Position numbers and translations under genes: made by a program. A DNA stretch of 64,000 nt from the human T2T-CHM13v2.0 reference genome, Homo sapiens. Under the pieces are notes generated by a model, which was not told where the DNA came from, did no database searches, and saw only the letters and a list, made by a program, of their open reading frames with translations. Shown one piece after another: positions 13,471-27,830 of this stretch (position 1 is the first letter of the stretch; each line of letters starts with the position of its first letter). The stretch is from the NCBI RefSeq assembly GCF_009914755.1, contig NC_060930.1, one strand, 5' to 3'.

Positions 13471-13917
13471 CCTTTCTCACTCCCCAGCCATCTTGGCAGC
13501 TGCTCTTGACTGGGGCCATCCCAACCAAGGAGATGAAAAATTCACTGGAGTCAATTAATTATCGGCTCCAACTCATGAAAAGTGGAAAGTACATGCTGGG
13601 GTACAAGCAGACTTTAAAGATGATCAGACAAGGCACAGCAAAATTGGTCATCCTTGCTTACAACTGCCCAGCTTTGCGGAAATCAGAAGTAGAGTACTAT
13701 GCAATGTTGGCCAAAATTGGTGTCCATCACTACAGTGGCAATAATATTGAACTGGGAACAGCATGCGGAAAATACTACAGAGTATGCACACTGGCGCTCA
13801 CTGATCCAGGTGATTCTGCTATCATTAGAAGCATGCCAGAACAGACTGGTGGAAAGTAAACTATGCAAAATTTTCCTTTAATAAAACTTGCCAAGCTTGT
13901 TTTTTCTAAAAAAAAAA
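13471..13917 (+). pseudogene. RPL30P8: RPL30 processed pseudogene (probably RPL30P8; the number is recalled)
   Basis: Translation [31 protein letters not shown]...[11 protein letters not shown]...MPEQTGGK is eL30; intronless; 5'TOP-like CCTTTCTC at 13471; AATAAA 13880; A-tail; 15-bp TSD ATTATA(C/A)AGATATCA at 13456-13470 and 13921-13935. Confidence 0.95.
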
Positions 13918-14325
13918 TACATTATAAAGATATCAATTGTATGCCAATTTATTATCTAAGTATAATCGCATCAAGTACTCAGAGAAAAAATATGTTTAGA
14001 ATTGAAAGGCTGATCCTAATTTTCTCTGGAAGAGTAAATAAGTAAGAATGCTGACTTTTAAAGCAAAAGAAAAATAAAGATGATTTTCCATGCCAGATAT
14101 CAAAATACATTACAAAATTATAGTAATTAAACAAAAATGTATTGGCATAGGACTAAAAAGATAGTTCACTAAACAGAAGAGAGAATCCAGCAATAGACCC
14201 ATGTTTTCATGGGAACTGTAGTGCATACTGATGAAAGAATTTCAAATCAATTCTGGTAGAACATAAGGGAAAAATAATCAAATGAGATTCCTACCTCACA
14301 CTATACTGCAAAATAAATTCCCAAT

Positions 14326-14636
14326 TTTATTTTATTTTATTTTATTTTTTTTTGAGACAGAGTCTTGCTCTGTCATCCAGGCTAGAGTGCAGTGGTGCAA
14401 TCTTGGCTCACTGCATCCTCCGCCTCCGGAGTTCAAGCGGTTCTCCTGTCTCAGCCCCTCGAGTAGCTGGGATTACAGGTGCATGCCAGCATGCCTGGCT
14501 AATTTTTTTACTTTTAGTAGAGATAGGGTATCACCATGTTGCCCCAGGCTGGTCTCGAACTCCTGACCTCAGGTGATCCACCTGCCTCGATTTTCCAAAG
14601 TGCTAAGATTATAGGCGTGAGCCACTGCGCCCGGCC
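14326..14636 (-). mobile_element. Alu (S-like)
   Basis: TSD ATAAATTCC(C)AATT. Confidence 0.93.
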
Positions 14637-14713
14637 ATAAATTCCAATTGAATTAAATCATAAGATTAAAAATTTTGACAAATATGAGGAAACCATAAGA
14701 ATATGTATGTACT

Positions 14714-14990
14714 TTTTTTTTGGAGACAGTCTTGCTCTGTCACCCAGGTGCAATCTATGCTCACTGCAACCTCTGCATCCCCGGGTTCAAGCAATCCTCC
14801 CACCTCAACCTTCCGAGTAACTGGGATTACAGGTGTGCACCACCACTCCCGGCTATTTTTTGTATTTTCAGTAGTGATGGGGTTTCACCATGTTGGCCAG
14901 GCTGGTCTCTAACTCCTGACCTCAAGTGATCTTCCCTCCTTGGCCTCCCAACGTGCTGGGACTACAGGAATGTGCCACCTCGCCCAACCC
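14714..14990 (-). mobile_element. Alu
   Basis: Alu consensus, reverse orientation. Confidence 0.9.
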
Positions 14991-15052
14991 GAATATATAT
15001 GTACTCTTAAGGAAATATCATTCCTAAACAAGATAGAAAACTTAGAAGCCTG

Positions 15053-15165
15053 CTCCTTTTGTAGCTCATGAGCGATGATGATTGGGTGTTCACATGCATC
15101 TGTGAAATGCACTACAATCTTGTCACATTACCCATCTGACCTGAACTTGGGGAGGAAAAAAAAAA
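15053..15165 (+). pseudogene. U13 (SNORD13) snoRNA retrocopy
   Basis: TCCTTTTGTAGCTCATGAGCGATGATGATTGGGTGTTCA...CACATTACCCATCTGACC matches U13 ends (box C TGATGA, box D CTGA); A-tail; TSD AACT(T/C)AGAAGCC at 15039-15050 and 15167-15178. Confidence 0.9.
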
Positions 15166-17449
15166 CAACTCAGAAGCCACAAGGAACACAAGGAAACAAC
15201 GGACAGATATAACTACATGATGCTTTCAATTTTTCTGCCCAGGAAAAGATCACATAAACCATGTTTAATAAAAGACAAAACAGACTGAAAGGAGATAGGT
15301 GTAACATACAACAGAAAGGGATTAACTGCTATAATATGTAAAAACTGAAGAGTTCCTTCAATTAAATAATGAAAAGACAATCCAATATAATAAGGTAAAA
15401 GAATAAAAATGAACAAAATAAAAAGAAAAAAGTGATCAATGAATATAAAGATCAATAATTTTTTCATGATTTCCCACCGATTAAAGAAAATTGAACAATT
15501 GATAGTATGTAGTTTTGGTAAGGGTATAAGGAAAAGGGCATTTTCATCACTATGCATCTGAATATAAACAACCATAGCATTTCTGTGGGTCAGTGTGGCA
15601 ACATTCATCAATATGTTAAAGATTATGCCCTTTGATGGAACAATGTTACTTCTAACAATCCATTCTACAAAAATACTTACACATGTGGACAAATATATAT
15701 ATGAATATTAATGATAGAATAGAGAAAAATTTTAAACAACCTGAACATTCATCAATGAAAGAAATGACTAAGTAAGTTTTAATATTTCCATATGAACAAT
15801 GAAACACTATATGGCTGTTTAAAAGAATTAGGTTGTTTTATATATACTCCTAGGGAAATTCTTCAAGATATAAAGTGCAAAAAAGAAGTCAGAAAGCAAT
15901 CTAGATAGATTGCATCTAGATTGCATACAATAATGTCATTCATCCCATTTGTAAAACTCATGTATATATCTGTGCATGAGCAAGCATGGGAATAAAATAA
16001 AGCCTGAAAAAATACACTACAACTTGCTAACAGGAGGTAGAATTCTTAAAAAGGATCAATGAAAAGGAATTTACTTCAGTTATTTTATATACTCCTGTTC
16101 TATTTGAAAACGTTACAAGAATGCATTTTTTTCTCATTAAAATTTTTAATGGAAAAAATAGGAGTTAGCAAACTGTACTATTAATGTTGTTCCTGCCTTA
16201 TCCAGAACTACTTGGTAATATAAAAAACAGCAGAATTACAAAGTCCAGAACTTTCTTTTGTTACATGTTCATTTTGCCTCCTTAATTTTTGTATTTATGT
16301 AAATAACTATAGCTTTTATAAAGCTCAGCTACAAAGGTACTAAAAATTTTATCAAAGTTTTTTTCTGTACCCCTTTTAAATATACACGAAGCCAACTTTT
16401 AAAGCTGGCTTTTTAATATAAGCATGATCTAAAAGTCCATAATTTTTCCCAGAGGACTGAATGCCTCCAGAGGACCTACCACTGTGGAAAAGATGCTGTG
16501 TCAAAATGATGCGGTGCAGCCATGCACTGGGCAGGACATCAACCTTGAAACACATGATACTGGTGACCACATAATGAGAATTCCATTCAAATTTGATGAC
16601 TGATCTATGAAGTTCTAAGATTCTTGAGGGTTCTTTTAAATGCAGTTATCAGGCATCTGAAATCACTTTCTGCAACTTATCTGCAGTATAATCTAGAGAA
16701 AAATTTCCAGGCCTTGGTATCTATTTCATCATTCAAATGAAACTAATTCTCACCTGCCATTTATTATAAAGATTAAGTAAAACAATGGATCCAAAAATGC
16801 TTTGGAAGTTATGAAGTTGCTGTAAAACATTGTTTTTACCAATATATGAACAGTTGATCTTCCACAAATCAATTTGATATTCCTACCCCCACCCTTACCC
16901 TTGTATGGTCTGGACTCAGATTTGTTATCATTTAATGAGAACTTCCTATATTCAGGTCCTTAGGAAAAGTCTCAAACAGTTCTGGAAGGCAATGCTCCTA
17001 TTACCCCCATTTCTCAGATGAGGAAGAAGATTAGGTACCTAACCCCAAGTCACAAAGCCAGGAAATAGTAAAGCCTAAATTCAAAGCTATTTATTTGATT
17101 CCAAAATTATTAACTGCTGCTCCTAACAGAGCACTGCCTCCCAGTATATTGATGTTTCATATCTTTTAATACCAATGAGGATAATAACTATTATGAGAAT
17201 TATAATTGCTGTAAATTATCTCTTTTCAACAATTTTTTTTCAAAATTGGGAGAAAAGCAAGCCTACAAAAATAAAATTTGCATAGGTATTAACAAAATAT
17301 TGCCCAAAGAAATTCAGGGTGTAAATAAATTATTAATATGCTACTGCTAACAAGATTGGTAATTAGCACTTAAGAAAAAAAAGAGAGAGAACAAGAGAAC
17401 CCGAAGAAAGCTCATTTATCTATCTAGACTTTCTGTGAGAAGGATGAGG

Positions 17450-17784
<335 letters not shown>

Positions 17785-18445
17785 TAAATTTTTTCAAAGT
17801 GCTGCTTACCCCCAGATAAACAGCAAGGCTGGCTCTCCTAGCTAAGTGCAGATGAAATGTCCAATTACATTAAACAGCTCTGGCTTGTAAAATATTTGAG
17901 GAAAAGCAGGGACTAAGAAAAGATAGCTTAAGAAATGCAAAATGTGGGGACACAGCATTTGCTTAATCACGTAAAAGTCTAAACGTTAATTAAAATTGAC
18001 ATTAATTAAGAACTATAATCCCACCTCCCTCAAGAGAGAGGCTGGCTTACTGGAAAGAAAGGACAACTTGGAATCACCAATTCTACAGGCCGTCTAGCGC
18101 CTTCAGTAATCCCTGGTCAGTGTCTCAGAATTCCTTTGGGAATTCTTCCCAAGGGAGGAGTCAAAAAATGGGTTCATTGCAAATGCTTACTTTACAAGTG
18201 AGTAATTTATTACAGCTCTGCTGTTACAGGTTTTTCTTATTTTCCTTTCGCTTCCAAATCTAGTCAGAGGGTTTCACCAAACCCATCTTATTCCCGGATG
18301 ATAAGATAGAAAGGCAAACCAGCTTTTATTGAGGACCCGCTAATTGCGGGGGCCTGGGGTTACTAAAGCTCAAAACTTTCATTACAGCTTCTGCCCATTT
18401 TCATCCAAATCGCACCAGAAAACTTCTTACAAAGAACGCTTAAAG

Positions 18446-18743
18446 CAGTGGCTCATGCCTGTAATCCCAGCACATTGGGAAGCCAAGGCTGGCAGATTAC
18501 TTGAGGCCAAGAGTTTAAGACCAGCCTGGCCAACATGGCAAAAACCCATCTCTACTAAAAAAAAAAAAAAAAAAAAATACAAAATTAGCCAGGTATGGTG
18601 GTGTCGCCTGTAATCCCAGCTACTTGGGAGGCTGAGGCAGAAGAATCACTTGAACCTGGGAAGCGGAGGTTACAGTGAGATCTCCCCACTGCACTCCAGC
18701 CTGGGCGACAGAGCAAGACTCTGTCTCAAAAATAAATAAATAA
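18446..18743 (+). mobile_element. Alu
   Basis: Alu dimer with expanded A linker. Confidence 0.92.
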
Positions 18744-19931
18744 TTTTTTTTTAAAAGAACACCTAAAACAACAACATCACCATACCTTACCTTTAGATAT
18801 CTCTATTAAATCTTAGAACTAGAACTCTTTCTTTAAGATGGAAACTTTTATCTACATTTTACAAAGGAAGAAACTTGAGCTTAGAGAACCGAAGTCAACT
18901 GCATTAGTTCACAACGTAGCCACCAGATGTTTGAACCTGAAATTGAACCCATGTCTTCACATAGTGTAGTCCTACTACAGTGTAGCTCCTTCACCCCAGG
19001 GGAGCAAATTCCCCAAAGACAAGTACCATATTATTTTAGCAACAGCCAAAAGCACAGTGAATAAAATTGTATTTTGAAAGCTGTTTGAACACTGAAATGT
19101 TTAATGCACCTGGGCGGTGTTAGTATTATTAAAGAGTGATCAAAGTGGGTAACACAGTTTCCAGTAAGAAAAGTGGTCATAAAATATAATCATAAAGTAT
19201 TGAAACAGTTTCTTATATGGCTTCTGGGGCCAGTCCCAAAGAGGAATGCCCCCCTAAATTGATTTGGAGATTGGCATGGGTCTGATGGGTGTTCTGATAA
19301 AGTGATAATTACAAAGGATAGTTGCTTGTTCCCATGAGTTCTGATACAATGACAATGGAAATCAACATTCTCAACTTTATATTCTTGCCATGTTCATGCA
19401 TATATATATATATACACATATATATACACTGTGATAAGGAATTATATATATATGTATTTATGTATAAAATGACATAAGCTGCATTTTAATATGTTTCATG
19501 AAATAGTCCTGAGGAGCTCATTAAGAATTTTAAAAGTTTTTAATAAAGCATTAAATAAAAAGATATGGACCAAACAATTTAACTAGATATTTGCCTACTT
19601 GATATCCAATAAATTTTTTTACAATTCTCCCCCAGTAAATTGAATGAATCTTTTGATTGTATTAATAAAATGAAGTTAAAATGAAAATCAAATTATTTTC
19701 AAAAAGTAGTGATGATGCCTAGACTATAATAGTTCTTTATCCTGCTTGTTATTGAATATTTTCAAAACACCACAATTACAATAATACGGATTTTTTAAAT
19801 GAAAAGTTGTAAAAAAAAATTTTTTTTATTGGTCATTTGGTGAAAAGAATATAAAAGTAGATGCAGGGAAAATTACTACCCATTTTATTCAATTAATGGC
19901 CATTCTATAGTTTAAGTATTCAGGACATTTA

Positions 19932-20241
<310 letters not shown>

Positions 20242-21807
20242 GTTACAGTAGGAAAAAGCAGGAGATAAAGAAATTAAGTGTTAGTGTTAGAAAATAAAAT
20301 GTTAAGGACATGAAAAAAAGTATTTTGATCAAGAAGGAAAACTGGTCTTGTCAACATAATCAGGAGGAAATATCTATTATTTATCAATTGTCATTTTCTC
20401 TTCTCTGCTTCTTAGGAGGACATTTTGCCCCTACTGATGCAACTGTTGCTGTGGTTGAGTCAGACAAACATAAAAGACTGTGACAGGACCCTGAGAAGTT
20501 CAAAGACAAGGCTCTCTTCTCAGTAAAAAGGGAGATCAGTTGATAACCTCCTTGAAATCTGCTTAGTTTTTAGGGAAGAAAGGAGAGAGGGAGAGACACT
20601 GGTGAAAAACTGGCTTCCTAAATTTTTTTAAATTATAAAATATCTTGGAATTCTTCAGTCTTTTCTCTATAAAGTATATTTATTGGGTCTATATTAAAAA
20701 CTTGTAACTACTAGTTCTTTATTGGGAGGCAAATTAAAACAATTATAAGGAAGAGTTTAATAAATCATCATTCAGTGATCCAAACTGGTCCTCTGTCTAG
20801 AGATTATGGTGACAGATTATAAACAGCCTTGGAAGTCAGGCAGGGAGGGTTAGATCCCAGGCAACTAGAAGCCAATTTTTGATCAGAGATGTGACAAGAG
20901 AGATATTTGTGGCATTGAATGCCCTGGAGAGGGGAATGATGACCTAGTAGGTAATTCAGGCAGAAAATATCAAGAACTTTGACTTGAGTTTTAGTCCTTG
21001 GAAGGGAGAAAATACCAGAGATGTTTGAAAGGAAAATAAATCAACACAACTTGACAAGGATAATCCATGAGGTGTTCTGAGCTGATAACAAATTATACAG
21101 TGAGAATTCCAGTCTTCTCCTTGATACTCAATTATTTTTATATTTAGTAAAGTCTAATCAATAGGAATTTTAGAGAAAAAAGCAACATAATGTAATATGT
21201 GCCTGAGACGTGAAAGATAATGGAGGTGAAAAGAGGTTTATAAACTAAACAAATGGGCAAAAACTTCAGGGTTTGTTTTATTTTATTTTTTGTTTTACAT
21301 TCTAATTGGTAGTGGAGTGTTTAACCATACTGAAACCTAAGGAGGCCTTATATCTGGTTCTATTCTTAGCCTGAAAAATGGAGAGAAATGAGTCTAAAAT
21401 GTCTCCAAGAAAGCTGAAGAAATCATCAGGGGAGAAAGGAAGAGAAGGAAGGGAAGGAAAGGAAGGGAAGGAAATCATTAGCTTTCCTGGAGACATTTTG
21501 GACTCATTGTAAAGTATCTTGAGTGGAAAGTGTAAGACATGGTACACTAGATCACTCAGAAGATGAGCTGGTTTAGATGGGAAAACAATAACCTGACTTT
21601 AAGAAAGTGGTGAGAAATATACGAGCAGCAATTACCAGATCAGTACGGAGACAATGGAAAATACAGAGCTGGAATTTCAGTTAGCCATTAGGATAGGAAA
21701 TTCTGATTGTTGTGTCATTGGCATAAAAGCAATATTTAAAGCAATGAGAAAAAATCCAAAGTCAATTGAAAACTTGCCTTAAGTATCTTTTCCTCAATAT
21801 TGGAGAC

Positions 21808-21963
21808 GAGATGAGTGTGCTGATGCATGCCTGTTGACTCAGCTACTCAAGAAGATGAGTAGCTTGAGCCCCGGAGTTTGAGGCTGCAGCGAGCTATGAT
21901 TAGGCCTGTGAATAGCCACTGCACTCCAGCTAGGCAGCATAGCAAAAAGCCATCTAAAAAAAA
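21808..21963 (+). mobile_element. Alu monomer (FLAM/FRAM-like)
   Basis: Diverged monomer with A-tail. Confidence 0.75.
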
Positions 21964-22114
21964 TACACACGCGCACACACACTGGAGAGGAAGGGGAGTG
22001 GAAGACATGTAAAAGAGACAGAGACCTCAGCATAGGGCAGTGACAAAGTCCCTGTCTGTCCCAGCAGACCACAAGATACTGGCTGGTCTGGGTAGCTACA
22101 GTTGAGATTGGGAA

Positions 22115-22406
<292 letters not shown>

Positions 22407-23179
22407 TGTAGTTGGGATTTTAAGCAAATTATTTAACAGCCTTATAACTGGGAATTCACCTAATTGATCTAATTGATCTCTGAATTTACTGTGGCTATTA
22501 AATAAAATAATATATACAATAGTGATTGAAATTTTAAAACTGTCAAGTATTTACACCTACAATCAAAATGTAAATCAAATTCCAACTGTAGCCTTAATGG
22601 AAGAATGTCACATTTTCATCACTCCCTACATTCTCAGCCATGAGTCCCCTCCATCCCAGGAATCCTTACAGTTTTCTCACAGTGGCACTGTGAAGGGCTG
22701 TACCTTCTTATCTCTGATCTCATCTCTCAGCCACATCTCACATCTGGATTCTCTTTCCAACTGTAACATTCTCTCCCTTTCTCTACACCCTACTTTACCT
22801 ACATTCCAAAAAGCTTCACTCTGCTCTAAGCAACACTCACACTTTTGCCCCAGGAAAGGTAGAGGTAAGTTTTTGGCACAACTTAACCATTTATGTTTTT
22901 ATTCAGTTGTCCAAAAATATGTTTTGTGATGACAATATTCTGGATAAAGTTACTAAGGATGTTTCCAGATTCAAGAATCTGACCTGTCAGATTCTGTTTG
23001 TGTGTGTGTGTGTTTCTTTGAATGCTAATTCCCACCTTGCAGATGTAGCCCTAAATACTTCTCTTACAACAGATAAAGTTTAATATTTAATATATTTCAG
23101 ACAATTTTTAGTGTATCTTGATCATTTTTGTAACCTTCACAAAAACTAGAAACATCCCATAAAATTCTTAACTTTATCT

Positions 23180-23450
23180 GAGGCAGTATGATATAGTCAG
23201 GGAAACAGCGTCACAGCTTTGGAATTATCAAGAGCTGGACTGAGAACCCAGTCCAGACCACTCTCATGAGCAGCATAAACTTGAGCATGTTATGTTATGC
23301 CTCAGGGATTTGATTTACAAAGAAAATGGGAGTAATGGTTTCTATTTTATAAGATTACTGTAGGGATTCAAATATGTAATGGAGGCAAATCACTGTATGC
23401 CAGTGCCTGGTATAAAGTAGGTACTTAATAAATATCTGCTGAGCAAATGA
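23180..23450. mobile_element. MIR/L2-tail remnant
   Basis: GGCAGTATGATATAGT...GTGCCTGGTATAAAGTAGGTACTTAATAAATATCTG. Confidence 0.5.
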
Positions 23451-24240
23451 AATCCTTCCCAGTCATCTCATCACAAAATCTAATAGAGTGTTGAAGGCAC
23501 TGAAAAGTCCGTCAGACTGGAGGGGCCCTTACTAAAGTTCTACTTTAGCAGTAGCTTAATAAAAACTTTCTATTTATTGATTGCAACAAGTTATTTCTAA
23601 GAGTTTAATACATCTTTTTCTAAAAGTGCATTGTTATTTGGAATAAAGATAAGTGTTTGATTTTATGCTTTAATTTCTAGAACCATAGATTAGTTCAAAT
23701 AGCTCATTTCAGCCACTGTTTAAGTCTCCTTTTTAATATCAGAAAGTATTTATGACTAAGGAAGCAATGAAAAATTGCCCCTTGTATGGTCCCTATACTC
23801 ATCATGCTGAAGATTCAACTTTTTCTATGTGAATGTTTTACCTCCACTTCTGGTCCGCCAGTTAAGAACAATGAGAAAAGTGACTAGGTAACTCTATAAG
23901 ACCAGGAACCTGATCGCCTGATCCTTTTAATGAAAACTTTGATTGCTTTTCTTTATTTACTTGCCTCTTATCTCTGAGAACAAAGTTGGAAAGGGAATTA
24001 TCCCCGTGCCCTCCCCAATCTTCCACCTTCATTCCATTCTTCCAAAAGCTTATATGGAAAGTTTTCAGCCTGTCCCTGGAGGATAAATATTGCAAATTTT
24101 GAGAAATGCTACTATGGTTAAGCTTTGATTCAAAATTTCTGGAGAAAACTTTTTCTTTAAAGATTTTCCTACTTTTTGTTTATTTGTCTCTAATATTAAG
24201 TCCTACTTTTTGATTACTCTTTCAAATATTAAAAAATCTT

Positions 24241-24507
24241 GGCCAGGCATAATGGCTCACATCTGTAATCCCAGCACTTTGGGAAGCTGAGATGAAAGAT
24301 TTGCTTGAGCCCAGGAGTTAGAGACCAGTCTGGGTAACATAGGGAGACCCTGTTTCTACAACAAATACAAAAATTAGCCAGACATGGTGGTATATGCCTA
24401 TAGTTCCAGCTACTGGGGAGGCTGGGGAGGGGGTGAGAGGATCATTTGGGCCCAGGAGTTAGATCAGCCTGGGCAACAGAGCAAGACCCTGTCTCAAAAA
24501 AAAAAAG
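24241..24507 (+). mobile_element. Alu (J-like, deleted right arm)
   Basis: Alu consensus followed by a microsatellite. Confidence 0.88.
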
Positions 24508-24508
24508 A

Positions 24509-24676
24509 ATATATATATATCTGAGTGTGTGTGTGTGTTTGTATATGTATATATATATGTGTATGTGTGTATATGTATATATATATGTGTATGTGTGTAT
24601 ATATGTATATATGTGTGTGTATACATATATGTATATACATGTGCATGTGTGTGTGTGTATATATATATATATGTAT
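24509..24676. repeat. Compound (TA)n/(TG)n microsatellite
   Basis: ~165 bp of alternating purine-pyrimidine. Confidence 0.95.
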
Positions 24677-24902
24677 GGTTATTTCAATTGGTGTGCCTGA
24701 ATAGCAATGACCAAAAAATACACTCTTCTTTATAGTGGTTTTGTAGTGATCACCTATTCCGACCATGTGGAGATCTAACATGCCAGAAACATCACTCCTG
24801 TTGTAGATGTGTTAGTTCTTGATTCTTCAGACAGATAAGCAGTGACTCTGATGTTTCCTAATTATGAAAGAATCTTTCTATTTGAGTACTACTGGATAGT
24901 TA

Positions 24903-25126
<224 letters not shown>

Positions 25127-25699
25127 CTCCAACTACATATAAGGTTCTGTGCCTATTACAACCATTTGAGCTCTTATTGGATTCCTAGATGGCAGATAGA
25201 CTTCAATGAACAACGGCTAACACACTATTGAACTTTATTTTCCAAACCTTCCTGAGCATCAATTTCCAAATCTGTAAAATGGGAAAATGATACAAGTTCA
25301 GGTTCTGTTGGAAGGGTGAAACACAAGCCTAGCGGACTCACACAGTGCTGTCCCTGGTACAGAGTAGGTTATCTTCCCTCCCTCCTCCTCTTTATGTATA
25401 TCTGTATGAAATAATATAGGATTAACTGACATTGTGCTTTGTAATAGCACTGTCTTTTAATCTATATTCTATTTTTGTGCAAATATTGACTTATAGATAT
25501 AACAAAATTGGGCATAGGTTAAAGAGTGAATGGCTGGTAATATTAAAGAGGATGTAGAAAGATATATTTGATATATTGATTAAGCATCCTTGAGATTTAT
25601 CAACCTCAAATGGGCCCTCATTACTGCTCTAAAGTCTTACCATGCCCAAAAGTCTCAATCCTATGCCTCCCAGTCATTATTCCACACCTTCTATAAGGT

Positions 25700-27830
25700 C
25701 ATCAAACTGCAACTCTCCCTTTTCTTCTTTCCTCTTAGCTGAATAGAAACCATCAGAGGGAAACTTTCTCATCTTCCCACCAGCAAATCTATAGCCATCC
25801 TCTTGTTCTCTCATTACAGAATATTTTAAAAAGCAGAATGTCTTTTAAAACCCAATTTTTCAGCATGTGCCCTATATCCCCATCCCTTCCTGCCTTCTCA
25901 GAAATGTTTTTCCATTCTTTATTCCTTTTCCTCTTGTATCTTCATTTTCCTTTCTACTGTATTAGTTTCCAGATCAGTTAAATGTGCTCTGATGCCTTCC
26001 ATCCAAGACAGCATAACACAAGCCAAAAAAACATTAAGTGGGTTGAGCATTCCTTATCTGAAATTCTTGGGACCGGAAGTGTTTCAGATTTCAGATTTTT
26101 TTGAATTTTGGAATGTTTTCATATACATAATGAGATATCTTGGGGATGAGAACCCAAGTCTAAACACGACATTTATTTATGTTTCAAATATACTTATAAA
26201 CATAGCCTGAATATAATTTCATACAATATTTTAAATAATATTGTGCATGAAACAAAATTTGTGTACATTGAAATTTATGTACATTGTGAAAAAAATTTGT
26301 GTACATTGAACTACTTTAGTACCCTTTGTGGTGTGCTTGCATGGGGGAATCTGGACGTGCAAAGAAAACATATATTGCAGCTGACAGGGGCTGGGGGGAT
26401 GTTTTTTCTCCTTGGAGACACTGAATAAACTGTGTGTCATGTATGTGTGTTTTTACCATGACCCCTCACATGAGGCTAGATGTGGAATTTTCCACTTGTG
26501 GTGTCATATTAACACTCAAAAATTTCAGATTTTGGATTTCAGATGTTCCCATCAGGGATGCTCAACCCGTCCCAGCCCTCTCCAGCTACTGCCTTGTCTC
26601 CCTAAACCTTTACTGAGTCCAGCTTTATAAAGAGGTGACTATGCCATCATCTTCTTCATCTTCCATTTTATCCTCAACACACGAAATCCAGCTTCCACTC
26701 TCAACATACTACAAAAACTGCTCTGGAGCCTGTATCCAGTAGTTTCTGTCCTACAACATGCAATGGAAACATCTCAGTATTTCATTTGAACACTCAACAG
26801 CATTTGACAAAACTCACTACTCCTCCTTGAAACACTGTCTTTATTGACTTTCCTGACCCCACACTCTCCTGGCTTTCTGTCTACTCTTTGAGAATTCCTT
26901 CTCAGTCTTCTTTGCCATCTTGTCTCCTTTTCTACGGATCCTCTGAGAGCAGAAATTACTCAGGGCATCATTCTGTAATCTCTTATCTTTTGCATTTTCC
27001 TGTGACTTGGCTTCTAAAAATATTTTCATGTGGAATGATCACAAATCAGTATTTACATTCAAAACTGTAGTTTGAACTTCAGACTTACATCTGTGAACTT
27101 CACTCTTCTACTGAGACGTTTTACAGGAATCTGAAAATATGTTCTAACTCATCTCTCTACCTTCCTCCCAAATCCATGCTGAACTCTTCCTCCTCATGGG
27201 CTTTGCTATTTCCTCCATCTGAACACAGCTCTTCACCTCTTTACCTGACTAATGCCTACTCTTCCCTTAGGTTCCCACTTAAATGTTACTTATTTCAAAA
27301 GGCCTTCTTTAACCCTCCTAACGAAATTATACTATCTTATAGCACAAAATAGAACTTCAAATGGTCACATGTACTCCCTATTTTCGTTAAAAGTACATGT
27401 GACGGTTTAAAGTTATATTTCAGTCTGTGATCTCATTGTTAAATGCTGGCTTCTCCCCTCTCTTGTTAGGCTAGAAGCATTTGAGTGAGCCATCTGCATT
27501 ATTAATTCCCTCACCTCTTCAAATCTGCTCGAAGTTTGTCTTCTCAATGAGGCCTTTCCCGGCCTATATGGAATTACATCTCAACTCTCCCCTGAACTCC
27601 CATCTCCCTTATTTTGCTTTAGTTTCCCCCACCACTCCACCTCTCCCACAACACTTACAGACTTCTAACATTTCATATAATTTGCTGACTTACATTTTTT
27701 TAACTTGTGCTTTTCTCCCCACCCAAGAATGTATGCTTTATAAAGACTTCTTGTCTGTTTTGTTCACTGACATATCCCAAATGCCTACTACATGATAGGA
27801 GTTCAATAAATGCTTGCCGAGTGAACTGAG
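25700..27830 (+). mobile_element. Degenerate L2 fragments, hosting the Tigger4-like element
   Basis: Pyrimidine-rich L2-like text (CAGCATTTGACAAAACTCACTACTCCTCCTTGAAACACT) and L2 tail TTCAATAAATGCTTG at ~27802. Confidence 0.55.
26039..26569. mobile_element. Tigger4/MER46-like TcMar non-autonomous DNA transposon
   Basis: Terminal inverted repeats GGGTTGAGCATTCCT (26040-26054) and AGGGATGCTCAACCC (26554-26568), one mismatch. Confidence 0.85.

Larger units (their letters stand above)
13920..16100 (+). mobile_element. Old L1M/L1ME remnants interrupted by two Alus and the U13 copy
   Basis: A-rich ORF2/3'UTR-like motifs (ATTACAAAATTATAGTAATTAAAC; AAACAACCTGAACATTCATCAATG). Confidence 0.6.

Noticed and set aside
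24446-24781. YI/CV/HT-repeat ORFs
   Set aside because: Translations of the TA/TG microsatellite.
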